Source: Eledone cirrhosa (Eukaryota). Taken from it: a DNA stretch of 64,000 nucleotides. Below, in pieces: positions 1-13,586 of the stretch (within the stretch, counting starts at the first letter, position 1; each line of letters starts with the position of its first letter). The notes beneath the pieces are model-generated. The model made no database searches, was not told where the DNA came from, and worked only from the letters and a program-made list of their open reading frames with translations. Made by a program: the position numbers and the translations under genes. The stretch covers positions 290,656,001-290,720,000 of the forward strand of contig OZ024741.1 in assembly GCA_964016885.1 (NCBI GenBank), read 5' to 3'.

Positions 1-540
1 ATTACCACACAACATTACTACACAACACAACATTACCACACAACACACAACATTACTACATAACAGACAACATTACTCCACAAACAACACATCACTATCG
101 TTATACCCCACACAACATTACCACACAACACACAACATTACTACACAACATTACCACACAACACACAACATTACTACACAACATTACTACACCACACAAC
201 ATTACCACACAATATTACTACACAACACAACATTACCACACAACATTACTACACAACATTACCACACAACACACAACATTACCACACAACACACAACATT
301 ACTACACAACATTACTACACCACACAACATTACCACACAATATTACTACACAACACAACATTACCACACAACATTACTACACAACACAACATTACCACAC
401 AACACACGACATTACTACATAACAGACAACATTACTCCACAAACAACACATCACTATCGTTATACCCCATACAACATTACTACACAACACACAACATTAA
501 TACATGCCCCACAACATTACCACACAACACACAACACTCC
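1..540. repeat. Degenerate CA-rich minisatellite (ACACAACATTAC(C/T)AC units)
   Basis: Repeated acacaacattac[c/t]ac; a longer block (taacagacaacattactccacaaacaacacatcactatcgttatacccca) occurs at ~61 and again at ~420. Confidence 0.9.
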
Positions 541-1335
541 AACTCTTTCACATAAAACATTCAACGCCATTACAGAAAACATCAACAAAGCCATTGCACA
601 TATCAACATTTCTTCGCCAGTTTACAAGGAGAAACCTCCCCACAAAATACAAAATTAAAAATAGCACAGCGCCACACACAAACTTTCACACCGGCAGCAG
701 CAGCAGCAGCAGTAGCAGCAGCAACATCATCATGATCATCATCATAATCATCAGCAGCAGTAGTAGTAGTAGTAGTTAGGGTAGGAGGGTAATACGTAAC
801 TACGTCACAAATTTAGATTGTTTCAAAAGTTCTTGTTCTCATTTTCTCATCGTAAGGGGATAACATAATAGATTTTCTTTTTTTTACGAAAATCTAAAAA
901 CAGTAACAACAGGTTATCCTCCCAACCTACTTTTTTCGATACCCCCAGGGGTTGGGAGCACTCGGTTTCAATTTCTGAAAGATAAGACCTTTCTTTTTTA
1001 CTTTTCTTTTTTCTTTCTTTCTTTCTTTTTTTTTCTTTCTTTCATTCAATTATTATTTATTTCTTCCTTTCTTCCTATCATTCTTACTTTCTTTTCTATT
1101 TTCTTTCTTTTGACACGGGATTACGGCCTCAAAATAATGCCGAAACCGCTGTCAAAAAATTCCCGAAAAAACATAATGCTTTGTGTTGTCCCTTGCAATA
1201 ACTGCGAGAATTATGTTACTTCATAGAAGCCATATTATGAAACTTAAGGTGTGGCTATTAAAAGTTACGGATTTATCATCCCCTACCTCTCACCCCCCCC
1301 CCTATACATGAATACACACGCATTGCATTTCACTC

Positions 1336-1394
<59 letters not shown>

Positions 1395-2068
1395 CATGTC
1401 CAATACACACACACATATATATATATATATAATCTTTAAACATGTATTTATGTCTCTGTCAGTCTGTTTGTCTCTCTCACTCATATATATATATGTGTGT
1501 GTGTGTATGTATATACACACACTCACACATATATATATACATACATGTATATGCAAATACTCATAAATAACATATTGTAAGGGACATATTGTATTTATGT
1601 ATATATATATATACATAAATACAATATGTTCCTCTATATATTTAAGATGTTAATGTGTATATACATATACACATTAATATGTGTATAATACATTTCTATA
1701 TATATATGTGGGTGTCTGTGCATTAACGCTTATGTGTATGTGCATCTGCGTATGCTTGTATTTGTGAGTGTATGTGTGTGTTTGAGTGTATGTGTGTGTG
1801 TGTTTGTGTGTTTGTAAGTGTGTGTTTGTGCGTGACAGTATTTTCCACCCACTTAATGATGTGATTTGTCTCAACTAAATTTAATAATAAACTCGTCCCC
1901 CTCATTATCATCGCCCCTAATCTTAAACCTCACCATGTCACCGATTAATCTTATTTCTTAAAACACACACTCACACACATGAGCAAAATATTGAAATATA
2001 ATATTTAACCAGATACGTGCAGTAATATAGCCTTTAGGTCAGTTTATCATATATATACACGCATACAG

Positions 2069-2134
<66 letters not shown>

Positions 2135-2214
2135 ACAGGCACGGCATGTATATAGTAATAATAATAAATGTGAAGACTAAAATCCAAAGAGGGCTCGTCT
2201 GTGTTTACGGATTG

Positions 2215-2274
<60 letters not shown>

Positions 2275-2364
2275 TATAAATATATATATATATACACAAA
2301 CACAGGCATGTATATATATGTATGTAAAAGGTAAACAGAAATAACACAATCAGTACAGTATATG

Positions 2365-2473
<109 letters not shown>

Positions 2474-2794
2474 CAAACGTAAAAACAAGCACACATTCGC
2501 ACACACACATACGCACTCTCTCTCTCTCTCTGTCTCTCTCTCTCACTCTCGCTCTCACACACACACGCTCTTAATCGACTCCGCGTTGCATTTGATCTCA
2601 GCAAAGACATCGAAATGAATTGGTGGACATAATGTGGTCTACCCTTTCATCGACTGCGGAACACTCCGACCAATATGAATCATGTTACTTCGCCCCATTA
2701 TAGGATCTACCATGTGCGAATAATCTCAAAAATAATGTGAAGAGTGTAAAGATTGCTAATTTGTGTTTATACACAATTTATATCAACTAATGAG

Positions 2795-3100
2795 AAGGCG
2801 CATGGCTTTTGGGTTAGGGTATTTGGCTCCTGATCGTAAGGTCGTGAATTTGATTCCCGGCAGCATGCTGTGTCATTGAGCAAGACACTTTATTTCACGC
2901 TGCTCCAGTCCACTCAGCTAGCAAAAATGAGTGGTACCTGTAATTCGAAGGGTCAGCCATGACACATTCTGTGGCACGCTGAAACTCCCTGAGAATTACG
3001 TTAAGAGTACGCGTGTTTGTGGAATGCTCAGTTAATTTCACGAGCAGACTCTTCCGTTGATCGTATCAACTGGAACACTTGTTGTAGTAACCGACGGAGT
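2795..3100 (+). mobile_element. tRNA-derived SINE with Meta-type central domain
   Basis: A-box-like TGGC..GGTTAG, degenerate B box, then tgtcattgagcaagacactttatttcac...gtccactcagct...aaaatgagtggtacc; head shared with 45060 and 29295 copies. Confidence 0.7.
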
Positions 3101-4261
3101 ATCACTATCAGCTGATGTCTGTCTCACTGGATTGTTCCACGCTGGAGTACTCTTAATAAAGCGGTGAATTAGCAGGTTCTTTAGGGCATGGGATTTAAAT
3201 TGTTTCTGAATTTGTTCCAGCATACGGCGCTCTGCATTAAATATCGGCGAATTCAGCTTTCATTTTCCTCATGTTGAGGTCGATAAAAAAACAACAAAAA
3301 ACAATCAGTCTAGTACTAGGGTCGAATCTTCCACTACTACTCTTTATCAATTTCTCTTTCTATTTCTCTTCCTTCATTAGAATACATCGGCTATGTTACG
3401 ACCTGGAGACAGATAGGCTTTGCCAGGTTTAAAATACCCAAGGCGGATTTATATCAGGACTGCACCTCTACCACTCCACCAGGAGTTAAGGTCTCAAGAA
3501 GTAACCTTACTAATACTATATCGTTACATTTTAAGGTTTGATTCAAATATATTTACAATGCTTTCCCACAAAACCGAATAATATATTGTCCCGTGAGTAG
3601 AATGACCACAGTAACACATTAACTTGGTCTTTTGTTACTGATATAACTAACACTGATTACGCAGACCTCTGATCAAAGGAGTTCCAAAGGGTTTACTTTT
3701 CTTAATAGAATACCGTGTGCTTTGATTGAAATTTGCCAGAAATTTCTTATAGATTGAGATACCATGCAGGATGCACTCATTAATTCAACAGCGATTCATT
3801 GCTGACTCATTAAAGATCCATGATCTTGGTTCAGTAGAGTTTTTATTTTTCCGTTCAACAGAGGTTTAAATTCTTGATTTAATAGCGGTTCAAATTGTGT
3901 ATGCCGTAGAGGTTGAATTGAGCATGCCTTCATTGCCTCGGTAGATGTCTTTTTATTGGTTCAATAGTATTCCATTGTTGACTCAATAGAGGTTCACGTC
4001 TTGATGCTGAGCAGGTATACGTGTTGGCAGAATAGAGGTTCAAATTCTCGTTGCAGTAGATATTACCCTGTCAGTTTCTATATTTCCTAATACACGAAAG
4101 TAGACGGAGCCAGTCGAGAATTAACTACCATCGTCAGATACAGCATCAATTTCATTGATATAATACGAACCAGTGAACTCTCGGTTATTTGTTCGATAAC
4201 TTTATTTTTGGGACATTTGTTCGTTTAGTCAATCACACTAAGCTAATGCAAATATTTTGAG

Positions 4262-4332
<71 letters not shown>

Positions 4333-4336
4333 AGTG

Positions 4337-4376
<40 letters not shown>

Positions 4377-4853
4377 CGGTAGAAAGACACCACTTCGCAT
4401 TCAGATATCTATTTACACAGGGTTTACTACGCGTACAAATTTTACTACGGCAGAGGACAGCAAATGTCATATAGTCAACATACATAAAAATGTGTAGGCG
4501 CCGGACAATGCATTGTGAAGGAGGGGTTGTATCATATAAACAACATTCTAAGCTCATAAAACATGTCATGAAATGAAATAATTGAAAAATAAAACCAGGT
4601 TATTCCATAAAATAACTACAATGTTATGAATTGTCAATAAATTGTAATTTTAATTTCGACACATAATACCAGACGATACATATACACACTAACATTCAAA
4701 CATATTAGTAGTGACACTAAGATAGCGTTATTGCTAATTAATCCCAAATCAAACACGAACTCTATCCGAGTGAACTTCTCCAGCACATTTTTCATATACA
4801 AAAGTATATATATATAAACCTTATAGTTTATTTTAATCTCAGCACCGCAATAT

Positions 4854-5370
4854 CGAATCGCTCTAGGTTGGGCAGCTTTCAACAAGAACAAGGAAGTACT
4901 AACATCAAAAGGAGTTTCCTATCATTTGAAGGCTAAGATCTTTGATACTTACATCCTACCAGTTGTGTTATATGGTCTTGACTGTGTTAATTGGATGACA
5001 AGATCACTTCAGATGATCTCTACATTCCAGAACCACATCATGAGACTTATGACTGGCAAGCGGCTCAGCGACCATATATGTATCAGTGAGCTGCTCAACA
5101 TTACCAAACTTAGACCAATTACATTAATTGCCAAGTTGATAGTACTCAAACTATACGGCTATATAAAAAGATCAACTCGAGGTGTGAGTAGATTATGCCA
5201 AGAAGGAAGGTTGGCAGCCAAAACGATGGCTTGATAATGTCATCTTATGGCTGACTTGATCTTTGCTCTTTGAACTCTGCTACTGGTGTTCGAACTTTGT
5301 GGAGATATATTTCACATGTTAATGCGCAGTCTGCAACTGGCAGAGTTTAGCGTCACAAAAAGAAGAAGAC
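4854..5370 (+). pseudogene. 3' fragment of RTE-clade LINE (post-RT C-terminal region)
   Basis: Frame reads RIALGWAAFNK...LKAKIFDTYILPVVLYGLD...FQNHIMRLMTG...LKLYGYIKR...EGR, typical of the RTE/BovB C-terminus; short (GAA)n tail at ~5362. Confidence 0.85.
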
Positions 5371-5812
5371 CGAGTTATGATGGTTTAAGTCTTGAACATT
5401 AGTGTAGATTCTAACACAGAGAAGCAGAGCATTACACAGTATCTGGATTTGCCCGACAACTTCCTTTGTGCCATTTGCTATCCTGTCCTTCCGTATCTTC
5501 GGTTCCTGGATTAACGTTTTCCTTCACAAAATCAAGAAGGATGCAACACGATTGAAGAAGGATCCCAATGAGATGGAATGGCTAATATAGCGCATCTTAC
5601 TGGTTGTTCCCCATGACATACTACACTACCAATCAAGAGTCTATAGTTTTCCCTACTTCCCCTTCCTCTTTTTTCAATATATATTTCTCCTATCTTTTAT
5701 ATTTCTTTTATCTTTTCATTTGATGTAATATATTATTTCCATAAATGCAACTTTTTTTTTACAAATCTCGGAAACATCTTTTGGTTTTTTACGTATATAT
5801 ATGATCATATAA

Positions 5813-5965
5813 GGCGGCGAAATGGAAGAGTCCGTTAGAACATCGGATTGAATGCTTTGTAGTATAGGTTCCGCCCTCTCTACTCTCTGTGTTCAAATCC
5901 CGCCAAGATCAACTTTACCTTTCATCGAGGTCGATAAATGAAGTACCAGTCTAATACTGGGGTCC
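5813..5965 (+). mobile_element. Older copy of tRNA/Deu(Nin)-type SINE
   Basis: gttcaaatcccgcc...actttacctttcatcgaggtcgataaatgaagtaccag. Confidence 0.7.
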
Positions 5966-6108
5966 ATTCTTCCTCTATATCTCTTCCTCATTTCCTCTCT
6001 CTCACTTTCTATCGTTCTCTGGAAGAAATCTACTGTACTCAGATATTGTCAATACGGCGCCACTACGACTCTATCAGAAGTTACGGGACCATGTCATGCC
6101 ATATGATC

Positions 6109-6169
<61 letters not shown>

Positions 6170-6259
6170 ATATATATTATATATATATATATAAACTACT
6201 GATTGTATTACGATTTGTTTCTCATCTTGATTTATCAAATTATTCTCGCTTACATTTGA

Positions 6260-6459
6260 NNNNNNNNNNNNNNNNNNNNNNNNNNNNNNNNNNNNNNNNN
6301 NNNNNNNNNNNNNNNNNNNNNNNNNNNNNNNNNNNNNNNNNNNNNNNNNNNNNNNNNNNNNNNNNNNNNNNNNNNNNNNNNNNNNNNNNNNNNNNNNNNN
6401 NNNNNNNNNNNNNNNNNNNNNNNNNNNNNNNNNNNNNNNNNNNNNNNNNNNNNNNNNNN
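6260..6459. other. Assembly gap (200 N)
   Basis: Run of N. Confidence 1.
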
Positions 6460-6614
6460 ACACACACACACACATGTATATATGGGTGTCCTTTGTGTAT
6501 GTGTTGTGTATATATATGATATGTGATATAAGTTTAAGAAATAATATTGTAGTGTGCGTATTACTTCATTGGTCAAACATTCATTGCCCTACCTTGCGTG
6601 TCAGTCGTGGTGGA

Positions 6615-6723
<109 letters not shown>

Positions 6724-7009
6724 GAGATAGATAGATAGAGAGAGAGAGAGGGTCAGATATACCACCTGACAGACTGACAAGAAGAACATAGAGGGTTATC
6801 AGAACAATTGACTTGGCATAGTGTTAGTCTGATAACATATCAGAATAGTTGCTCGTCACCGACAATTTGTTGTTTGGCACTCATTCTTGGTTGCTTTGTA
6901 TGGACAGTAGTATAGCGACGGCTAATATACCTTACAGCATTTAGGCACTTTTACTTTCCCACCTCAAATTCCCTCCTGGTTTAGTTTGCCTTTTATTATT
7001 CTTGGACAT

Positions 7010-7190
7010 TGGATTGGCAGTATCGGTAGAAGGCCGGACGCCATGCTTTGCAGCAAAGATTTACGATCCTTTATAGTCTGAGTTCAAATCCCGCCGAGGT
7101 TAACTTTGCTTTTCATCCTTACGGGGTCGATAAAATAAAGTAATACACTGGGATAATTGTTGGCCTTGTGCCAAAAGTATAAACAATTAT
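7010..7190 (+). mobile_element. tRNA/Deu(Nin)-type SINE, young family
   Basis: A box TGGCAGTATCGG, B box GAGTTCAAATCC, core ttcatccttacggggtcgataaaataaagta, tail ggccttgtgccaaaagta.aaacaatt. Confidence 0.9.
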
Positions 7191-7238
7191 TCTTGGACAG
7201 TGACGGAGATGTTGATAAAACAAAACGCCAGTTAACCA

Positions 7239-7415
7239 GCGTATTTCTCGACGCCGAGACGCTTCATCCTCGAGGGCGCATCGTAGTTTTGACAACCAAC
7301 AATTTGAAAGAATAAAAAAAAAATGAATAAATAACCTTCGGCCTCCAGGACGCATGGTAGATTTTTGAGACTTATTTTAGGAAAAAAGTAGGGTCTTCGA
7401 CGCTGGGAAATACGG
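7239..7415 (+). mobile_element. Tc1/mariner (Tc2/pogo-like) MITE, copy 1
   Basis: Ends cgtatttctcgacg / cgctgggaaatacgg-TA; collinear with 56036-56208. Confidence 0.8.
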
Positions 7416-7555
7416 TACTTAGATTTGATCCAACAAAGCCCCCTTTCCCAAATAGGTGAGTCATGATACAGCAGTAGCAACAGCACCATGAACGTCATCA
7501 TCATTATCATCATCATCAACAACAGCTACAGCAGTATCATTAGTGTTAGTAGTAG

Positions 7556-7983
7556 CAGCATCGCTAGAGCGTCGGAAATATGCTTTATGGCATAGATTTA
7601 CGGCCTTTTACGTTCTAAGTTCAGATCCCTACCGAGATTAGCTTTGCATTTCATCCTTACGGGGTCAATAAAATAAAGTACCAGTCTCGCACTGGGATCG
7701 ATTTAATCGACTTTCTCCGCCTCCAAAATTGCTGGCCTTGTGTCTATATAAGAAACCATTATTATTTGGCAGTATCGGTAGTGCGTCGGACAGTATGCTT
7801 TACGGCATAGAGTTACGGCCGTTTACTTTCTAAGTTCAAATCCCGCCGAGATTAGCTTTGCATCTCATCCTTACTGGGTCGATAAAATAAAGTACCAGTA
7901 ACACACTGGTGTCGATTTAATCTACCTTTCCCTCGCCCTAAAAATCGTTGACCTTGTGCCTAAAGTAGAAAGAAATTATTATT
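7556..7983 (+). mobile_element. Two tandem tRNA/Deu-type SINE copies (long-tail subtype)
   Basis: Copies ~7556-7763 and ~7766-7983; both carry the extra gatttaatc[g/t]ac segment before the tail. Confidence 0.85.
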
Positions 7984-8529
7984 TGAAACCCTCCTTAGAA
8001 TTCTGCTTCTTTCCCAAAACGGTGGGAACAGTGGAGGGGACCTAGGATTCTTTTTATTTTTTTAATTTTTCGTGTGATATATTATTCGTTTTAAGTTAAC
8101 CGCACCTCACGCCAAATGTCGGTAAGCTTAATATTAGGATTAAGGAATTGGGGTTAGTGTGTTCGGAAGTCAGAGTCGTCGATAACACACACACACAAAA
8201 ATATGAAAAATCTATTTTCTACCAAACACGAGAGGTGTGTAGATTTGCGAAAATTCGAGGGTCTTTCCACATTCCTCCTTCCTTTTTAATCATTTCCGAT
8301 TGGTTTGGAGGTCAGTTTCGTTGATAATACATGAAATTTGTTTTTAATAGATAACAAAACTCCAAATTTGGGGCTAAGACCCCCGATTCCCCTCTGTTTT
8401 CCGAAAAAAAAAAAAAAATCATTTGCCGCATTTTCTAAGGACAGATTAGTTGATAGCATACAAAAACACCAAGTAAAAATAATTCTCTTTCACTGAAATT
8501 TAGAGGGTTGTTCTATGAATTTACCAAAA

Positions 8530-9109
8530 TATACAACAAACCTTAGATAATTATTACAGAGCAGACTCCAAGTAAAGGCTATATAACCGATCTAATGTAA
8601 AAGACCATACGACAAACCTTAGGGAAGTACTATACAATATGCCTTAAGTAAGTGCTATACAACAGACAGTTAAAATTCCACACAACAGGCCTTAGATAAA
8701 AGACTGTACAACACACCATAGGTAAGTACTATACAATATGGCTTTGGTAAACGCTATACAACAAATCTATATATAAATTTCAGCGTCTTCCGTTAGTTCG
8801 TCACTTAATGTGTGTGTTTGTGTGAATGCATATGTGTAAAAAGGAAGGAGGGGAATGATAAAAACATGTATAGCAAAACAGTGATTGACATTCAATTTTC
8901 TACGCTGTGTGTGAATGTATGTGTGTATGTGTGTGAATGTATGTGTGTGAATGTATGTGTATTTGTGTGAATATATGTATGTCTGTGAGTGTGTATTTTT
9001 GTGTCTGTGTTTGCGCGTTTATATTTATATACACATACATATAAATGTATGCATAGGTATACCCCCCCCCCCACACACACATACACACACACACACACAC
9101 ACATACGCA

Positions 9110-9150
<41 letters not shown>

Positions 9151-9350
9151 GCTCACACACATATACACATACGCGTTAGCGTGTTGAATAAATTCTACAC
9201 ATTAGAACTTAGATAAAAGTCTGTAAAAGAGACATTTGGTAAACGGCTATACAACAGACCGTAGGTAAGTACTATACAAAGAGCTGAATTACAGGGCTAT
9301 ATAACACACAGCAGACAAGACTGTCCAATAGACCAGGTATTAAGGTCAAC
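8530..9350. repeat. Degenerate ~25-28 bp tandem repeat (ctatacaac...ccttag.taagt) interrupted by another repeat
   Basis: Recurrent ctatacaa / ttaggtaa motifs at ~8530-8770 and ~9190-9350. Confidence 0.55.
8800..9060 (+). repeat. Dispersed repeat, also at ~19775-20050
   Basis: tgtgtttgtgtgaatg.atatgtgt.aaaagg...tatag.aaaacag...ctacgctgtgtgt...tttgcgcgtttatatttata shared by both loci. Confidence 0.75.
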
Positions 9351-9459
9351 CTACTATTATGAATGAAAACGATATCTAAACAAGAATGTGTCAAATTTTT
9401 TTCCTTCTTCAGAAACAATGCAGCCATTTTGTTATCGTTTGAGATATTGTATTTGGTGT

Positions 9460-9637
9460 TTTTGTTGTTGTTGATATTGTTGCTGTTATTGTTATTGTTG
9501 TTATTGTTGTTGTTGTTGTTGCTGTTGTTGTTGTTGTTGTTGTTATTCTTGTTGCTGCTGTTGTTGCCCCTGTTGTTGCTGCTGACGATGTTGTTGCTAT
9601 TGTTTTGTCCTATTGTTGCTGTTGCTGTTGTTATTTC

Positions 9638-9679
<42 letters not shown>

Positions 9680-10335
9680 ACTGTTGCTGTTGTTGCTGAT
9701 GTTGATGTTGATGTTGTTGTTGATGTTGTTGTTGCTGTTGTTGTTGATGTTGTTGCTGTTGTTGTTGATGTTGTTATTGTTGTCCTGTTGTTGCTGATAT
9801 TGTTGCTGCTGACGATGTTGTTGTTGCTGATATTGTTGCTGCTGACGATGTTGTTGTTGCTGTTGTTGTCCTAATGTTGTTGATGTTGCTGATGTTGTCC
9901 TATTGTTGTTGATGTTGCTGTTGTAGTTGTTGCCGTTGTTGTTATGTTGTTGTTGCTGTTGATGTTGCTGTTATTGTTGTTGTTGCCCATGTTGTTATTT
10001 CTGTTGTTGTTATTGTAGTGTTGTTGTTGTTCTTGTTGATGTTGTTGGTGTTGCTGTTGTAGTTTGTTGTTATTGTTGTTGTAGTCGTTGTTATTGTTGT
10101 TAGTGTTGCTTTTGTTTATGGTATCGGTAGATGGTGATAACGATGTCGACCATGATGACAACAATGATGATGATGATAATGATGATGATAATGATGATGG
10201 TAATGATGATGGTAATGATGATGGTAATGATGATGGTAATGATGATGATAATGATGATGATAATGATGATGGTAATGATGATGGTAATGATGATGGTAAT
10301 GATGATGGCCATTGTTATGACAATGATGATGATAT
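9460..10335. repeat. Degenerate (GTT)n followed by (GAT)n / 12-bp GATGATGGTAAT repeat
   Basis: Direct inspection. Confidence 0.95.
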
Positions 10336-10449
10336 TGGTTGTGATTGTGGTAGTAGTTTCTGTTGAAGTTTCATATGACATATTTGTTAACTGAATAGCT
10401 TCTTTTCCTACTATTGTTAAGGTACGGGTGAGGATTAGGCATTGGGTGT

Positions 10450-13200
10450 AGGTGGTGGTGATGGTGGTGGTGGTGTGGTGGTGGTGGTGGGCTGAGGTGA
10501 TGTGATGGTGGGGGCTGTGGTGGTGGTGGTGGTGGTGATGGTGGTGGGTGGTGGTGGGGCTGTGGTGATGGTGATGGTGGGGCTGTGGTGGTGGTGGTGG
10601 TGGTGATGGTGGAGTTGTGGTGGTGGTGGTGATGGTGGTGTGTGTGTGGGGGGGGGATGGCGTTGGTGGCGTTGGAGGGGGGTAGTGATGGTGATGGTGG
10701 GTGTTGGTGGGGCTGTGGTGGTGGTGGTGATTGTGATGGTGGTGTTGGTGGGGCTGTAGTGGTGGTGGTGGTAGTGATGGTGGTGGTGGTGGAGCTGTGG
10801 TGGTGGTGATGGTGGTGTTGGTGGAACTGTGGTGGTGATGGTGGTGTTGTTGGGGTTGTGGTGGTAGTGGTGGTGATGGTGGTGTTGGTGGGGCTGTGGT
10901 GATGGTGATGGTGGTGTTGGTGGGGCTGTGGTGGTGGTGGTGGTGGTGATGTGGGTGTTGGTGGGGCTGTGGTGGTGGTGGTGATGGTGCTGTTGGTGAG
11001 GTTGGGGTGGTGGTGGTGGTGTGTGAAGATGGTGTTGGTGGGGCTGTGGTGGTGGTAGTAGTGGTGATGGTGGTGTTGGTGGGGCTGTGGTGGTGGTGGT
11101 GGTGGGGTGATGGTGGTGTTGGTGGGGCTGTGGTGGTGGTGGTGATGGTGGTGTTGTGGGGTTGTGGTGGTGGTAGTGGTGGTGATGGTGGTGTTGGTGG
11201 GGCTGTGGTGGTGGTGGTGGTGGTGATGGTGGTGATGGTGGTGATGGGTGGGGCTATGGTGGTGGTGGTGGTGATGGTGATGCTGGTGTTGGTGGGGCTG
11301 TGGTGGTGGTGGTGGTGATGGTGGTGATGGTGGGGCTGTAGTGGTGGTGGTGATGGTGGTGTTGGTGGGGCTGTGGTGGTGGTAGTGGTGGTGATGGTGG
11401 TGTTGGGGTGGTAGTTGTGACCGTGGTCGGTGGTGTGGTAGTAGTTGTATCGGTGGTGGTGCTGGTGGTGTAATGGTGGTGGTGGTGTGTTGTGGTAGTT
11501 GTGCCGGTGCTGTAATGGTGGTGGTGGTGCTGGTAGTGTTGTGGTAGTTGTGTCGGTGTTGTATTGGTGGTGGTGGTGTAATGATGATGGTAGTGTTGTG
11601 GTGCTAGTATTGTGGTGGTTGTGTCGGTGGTGTAATGGTGGTGGTGGTGGTAGCGTGGTAGTTGTGTTGGTGTGTAATGGTGGTTGTAATCGGGGTGTTG
11701 GCGTGGTAGTGTTGTGGTAGTTGTGTCGGTGGTGTAATAGTGGTGGTGGTGGTAGTAGTGTTGGCGTTGTTGTGTCGGTGGGTGTAATAGTGGTTGTGGT
11801 GGTGGCGGTAGTGTTGTCGTAGTTGTGTCGATGGTGTAATAGTGGTGGTGGTGGTGGTAGTAGTGTTGTGGTTGTTGTGTCGGTGGTGTAATAGTGGTGG
11901 TGGTGGTGATAGTGTTGTGGTAGTTGTGTCGGTGGTGTAATAGTGGTGGTGGTGGTGGTTGTGAGTGGTAGTGTTGTGGTTGTTGTGTCGGTGGTGTAAT
12001 GGTGGTGATGGTGGTAATGTTGTGGCAGTTGAGTCGTGGGGTAATAGTGGTGGTAGTGTTGTGGTAGTTGTGTCGGCGGTGCAATAGAGGTGGTGGTGGT
12101 GGTAGTGTTGTGGTAGTTGTGTCGGTGGTGTAATAGTGGTGGTGTTGGTAGTGTGTTGTGGTAGTTGTGTCGGCGGTGTAATAGTGGTGGTGGTGGTGGT
12201 AGTGTTGGGGTAGTTGTGTCGGTGGTGTAATAGTGGTGGTGGTGCTGTAGCAGTTGTGTCGGGTGGTGGTGGTGCTGTGGTAGTTGTGTAGGTGGTGGCG
12301 GTAGTGTTGGTGTAGTTGTGTCGGCGGTGTAATAGTGGTGGTGGTTGTGGTGCTGTGGTAGTTATGTCGGTGGTGGTGGTGCTGTGGTAGTTGTGTCGGT
12401 GGTGGTGGTGCTGTGGTAGTTGTGTCGGTGGTGGTCGTAGTGTTAAGGTAGTTGTGTCGGTGGTGGTGGTGCTGTGGGAGTTGTGTCGGTTGTGCTGGTA
12501 GTGTTGGTGTAGTTGTGTCGGTGGTGGTGGTGCTGTGGTAGTTGTGTCGGTGGTGGTGGTGCTGTGGTAGTTGTGTCGGTGGTGGTGCTGTGGTAGTTGT
12601 GTCGGTGGTGGTGGTGCTGTGGTAGTTGTGTCGGTGGTGGTAGTGGTGCTGTGGTAGTTGTGTCGGTGGTGGTGGTGGTGCTGTGGTAGTTGTGTCGGTG
12701 GTGGTAGTGGTGATGTGGTAGTTGTGTCGGTGGTGGTGGTGGTGCTGTGGTAGTTGTGTCGGTGGTGGTGGTGCTGTGGTAGTTGTGTCGGTGGTGGTAG
12801 TGGTGCTGTGGTAGTTGTGTCGGTGGTGGTGGTGGTGCTGTGGTAGTTGTGTCGGTGGTGGTGGTGGTGCTGTGGTAGTTGTGTCGGTGGTGGTGGTGGT
12901 GCTGTGGTAGTTGCGTCGGTGGTGGCGCTGTGGTAATTGTGTCGGTAGTGGTGGTGGTGCTGTGGTAGTTGTGTCGGTGGTGGTGCTGCTGTGGTAGTTG
13001 TGTTGGTGGTGGTGGTGGTCCTGTGGTAGTTGTGTCGGTGGTGGTGGTGGTGCTGTGGTACTTATGTCGGTGGTGGTGGTGGTGCTGTGGTAGTTGTGTC
13101 GATGGTGGTGGTGGTGCTGTGGTAGTTGTGTCGGTGGTGGCGCTGTGGTAGTTGTGTCGGTGGTGGTGGTGGTGCTGTGGTAGTTGTGTCGGTGGTGTAG
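10450..13200. repeat. G/T-only (GGT)n-derived minisatellite with progressively changing unit
   Basis: Units ggtgttggtggggctgtggtggt (10.5-11.4 kb), then gtagttgtgtcggtggtgtaat (11.4-12.3 kb), then gctgtggtagttgtgtcggt(ggt)n (12.3-13.2 kb). Confidence 0.95.
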
Positions 13201-13375
13201 GTCGAGGTTAGGTTGTCAGCAAAACTCTAAACAGGAAGTATGACCTTTTATCAGTGCGTGATTTATGAACGCTTCTAATCAATATGAAACAATTCTTAAA
13301 ACACACACACACACATACACACTCACACGCACACACAAACAGACATACACACAGACACACATACATTGACACACA

Positions 13376-13413
<38 letters not shown>

Positions 13414-13534
13414 TATATGCATATATATTATATCTCTGTGTGTGTATGCATATATGCATATATATACATGCATATATATACATGCATAAATATATACATA
13501 CATGTGTATGTATATATATATATACATACATACA

Positions 13535-13586
<52 letters not shown>

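Noticed and set aside
1108-1157. TTTTGACA...CGGC..GCCGAAAC..TGTCAAAA hammerhead-like hairpin
   Set aside because: CTGANGA box and cleavage triplet too degenerate to call
11400-13200. Repeat-spacer look resembling a CRISPR array
   Set aside because: Spacers are (GGT)n rather than unique; eukaryotic context, no cas genes
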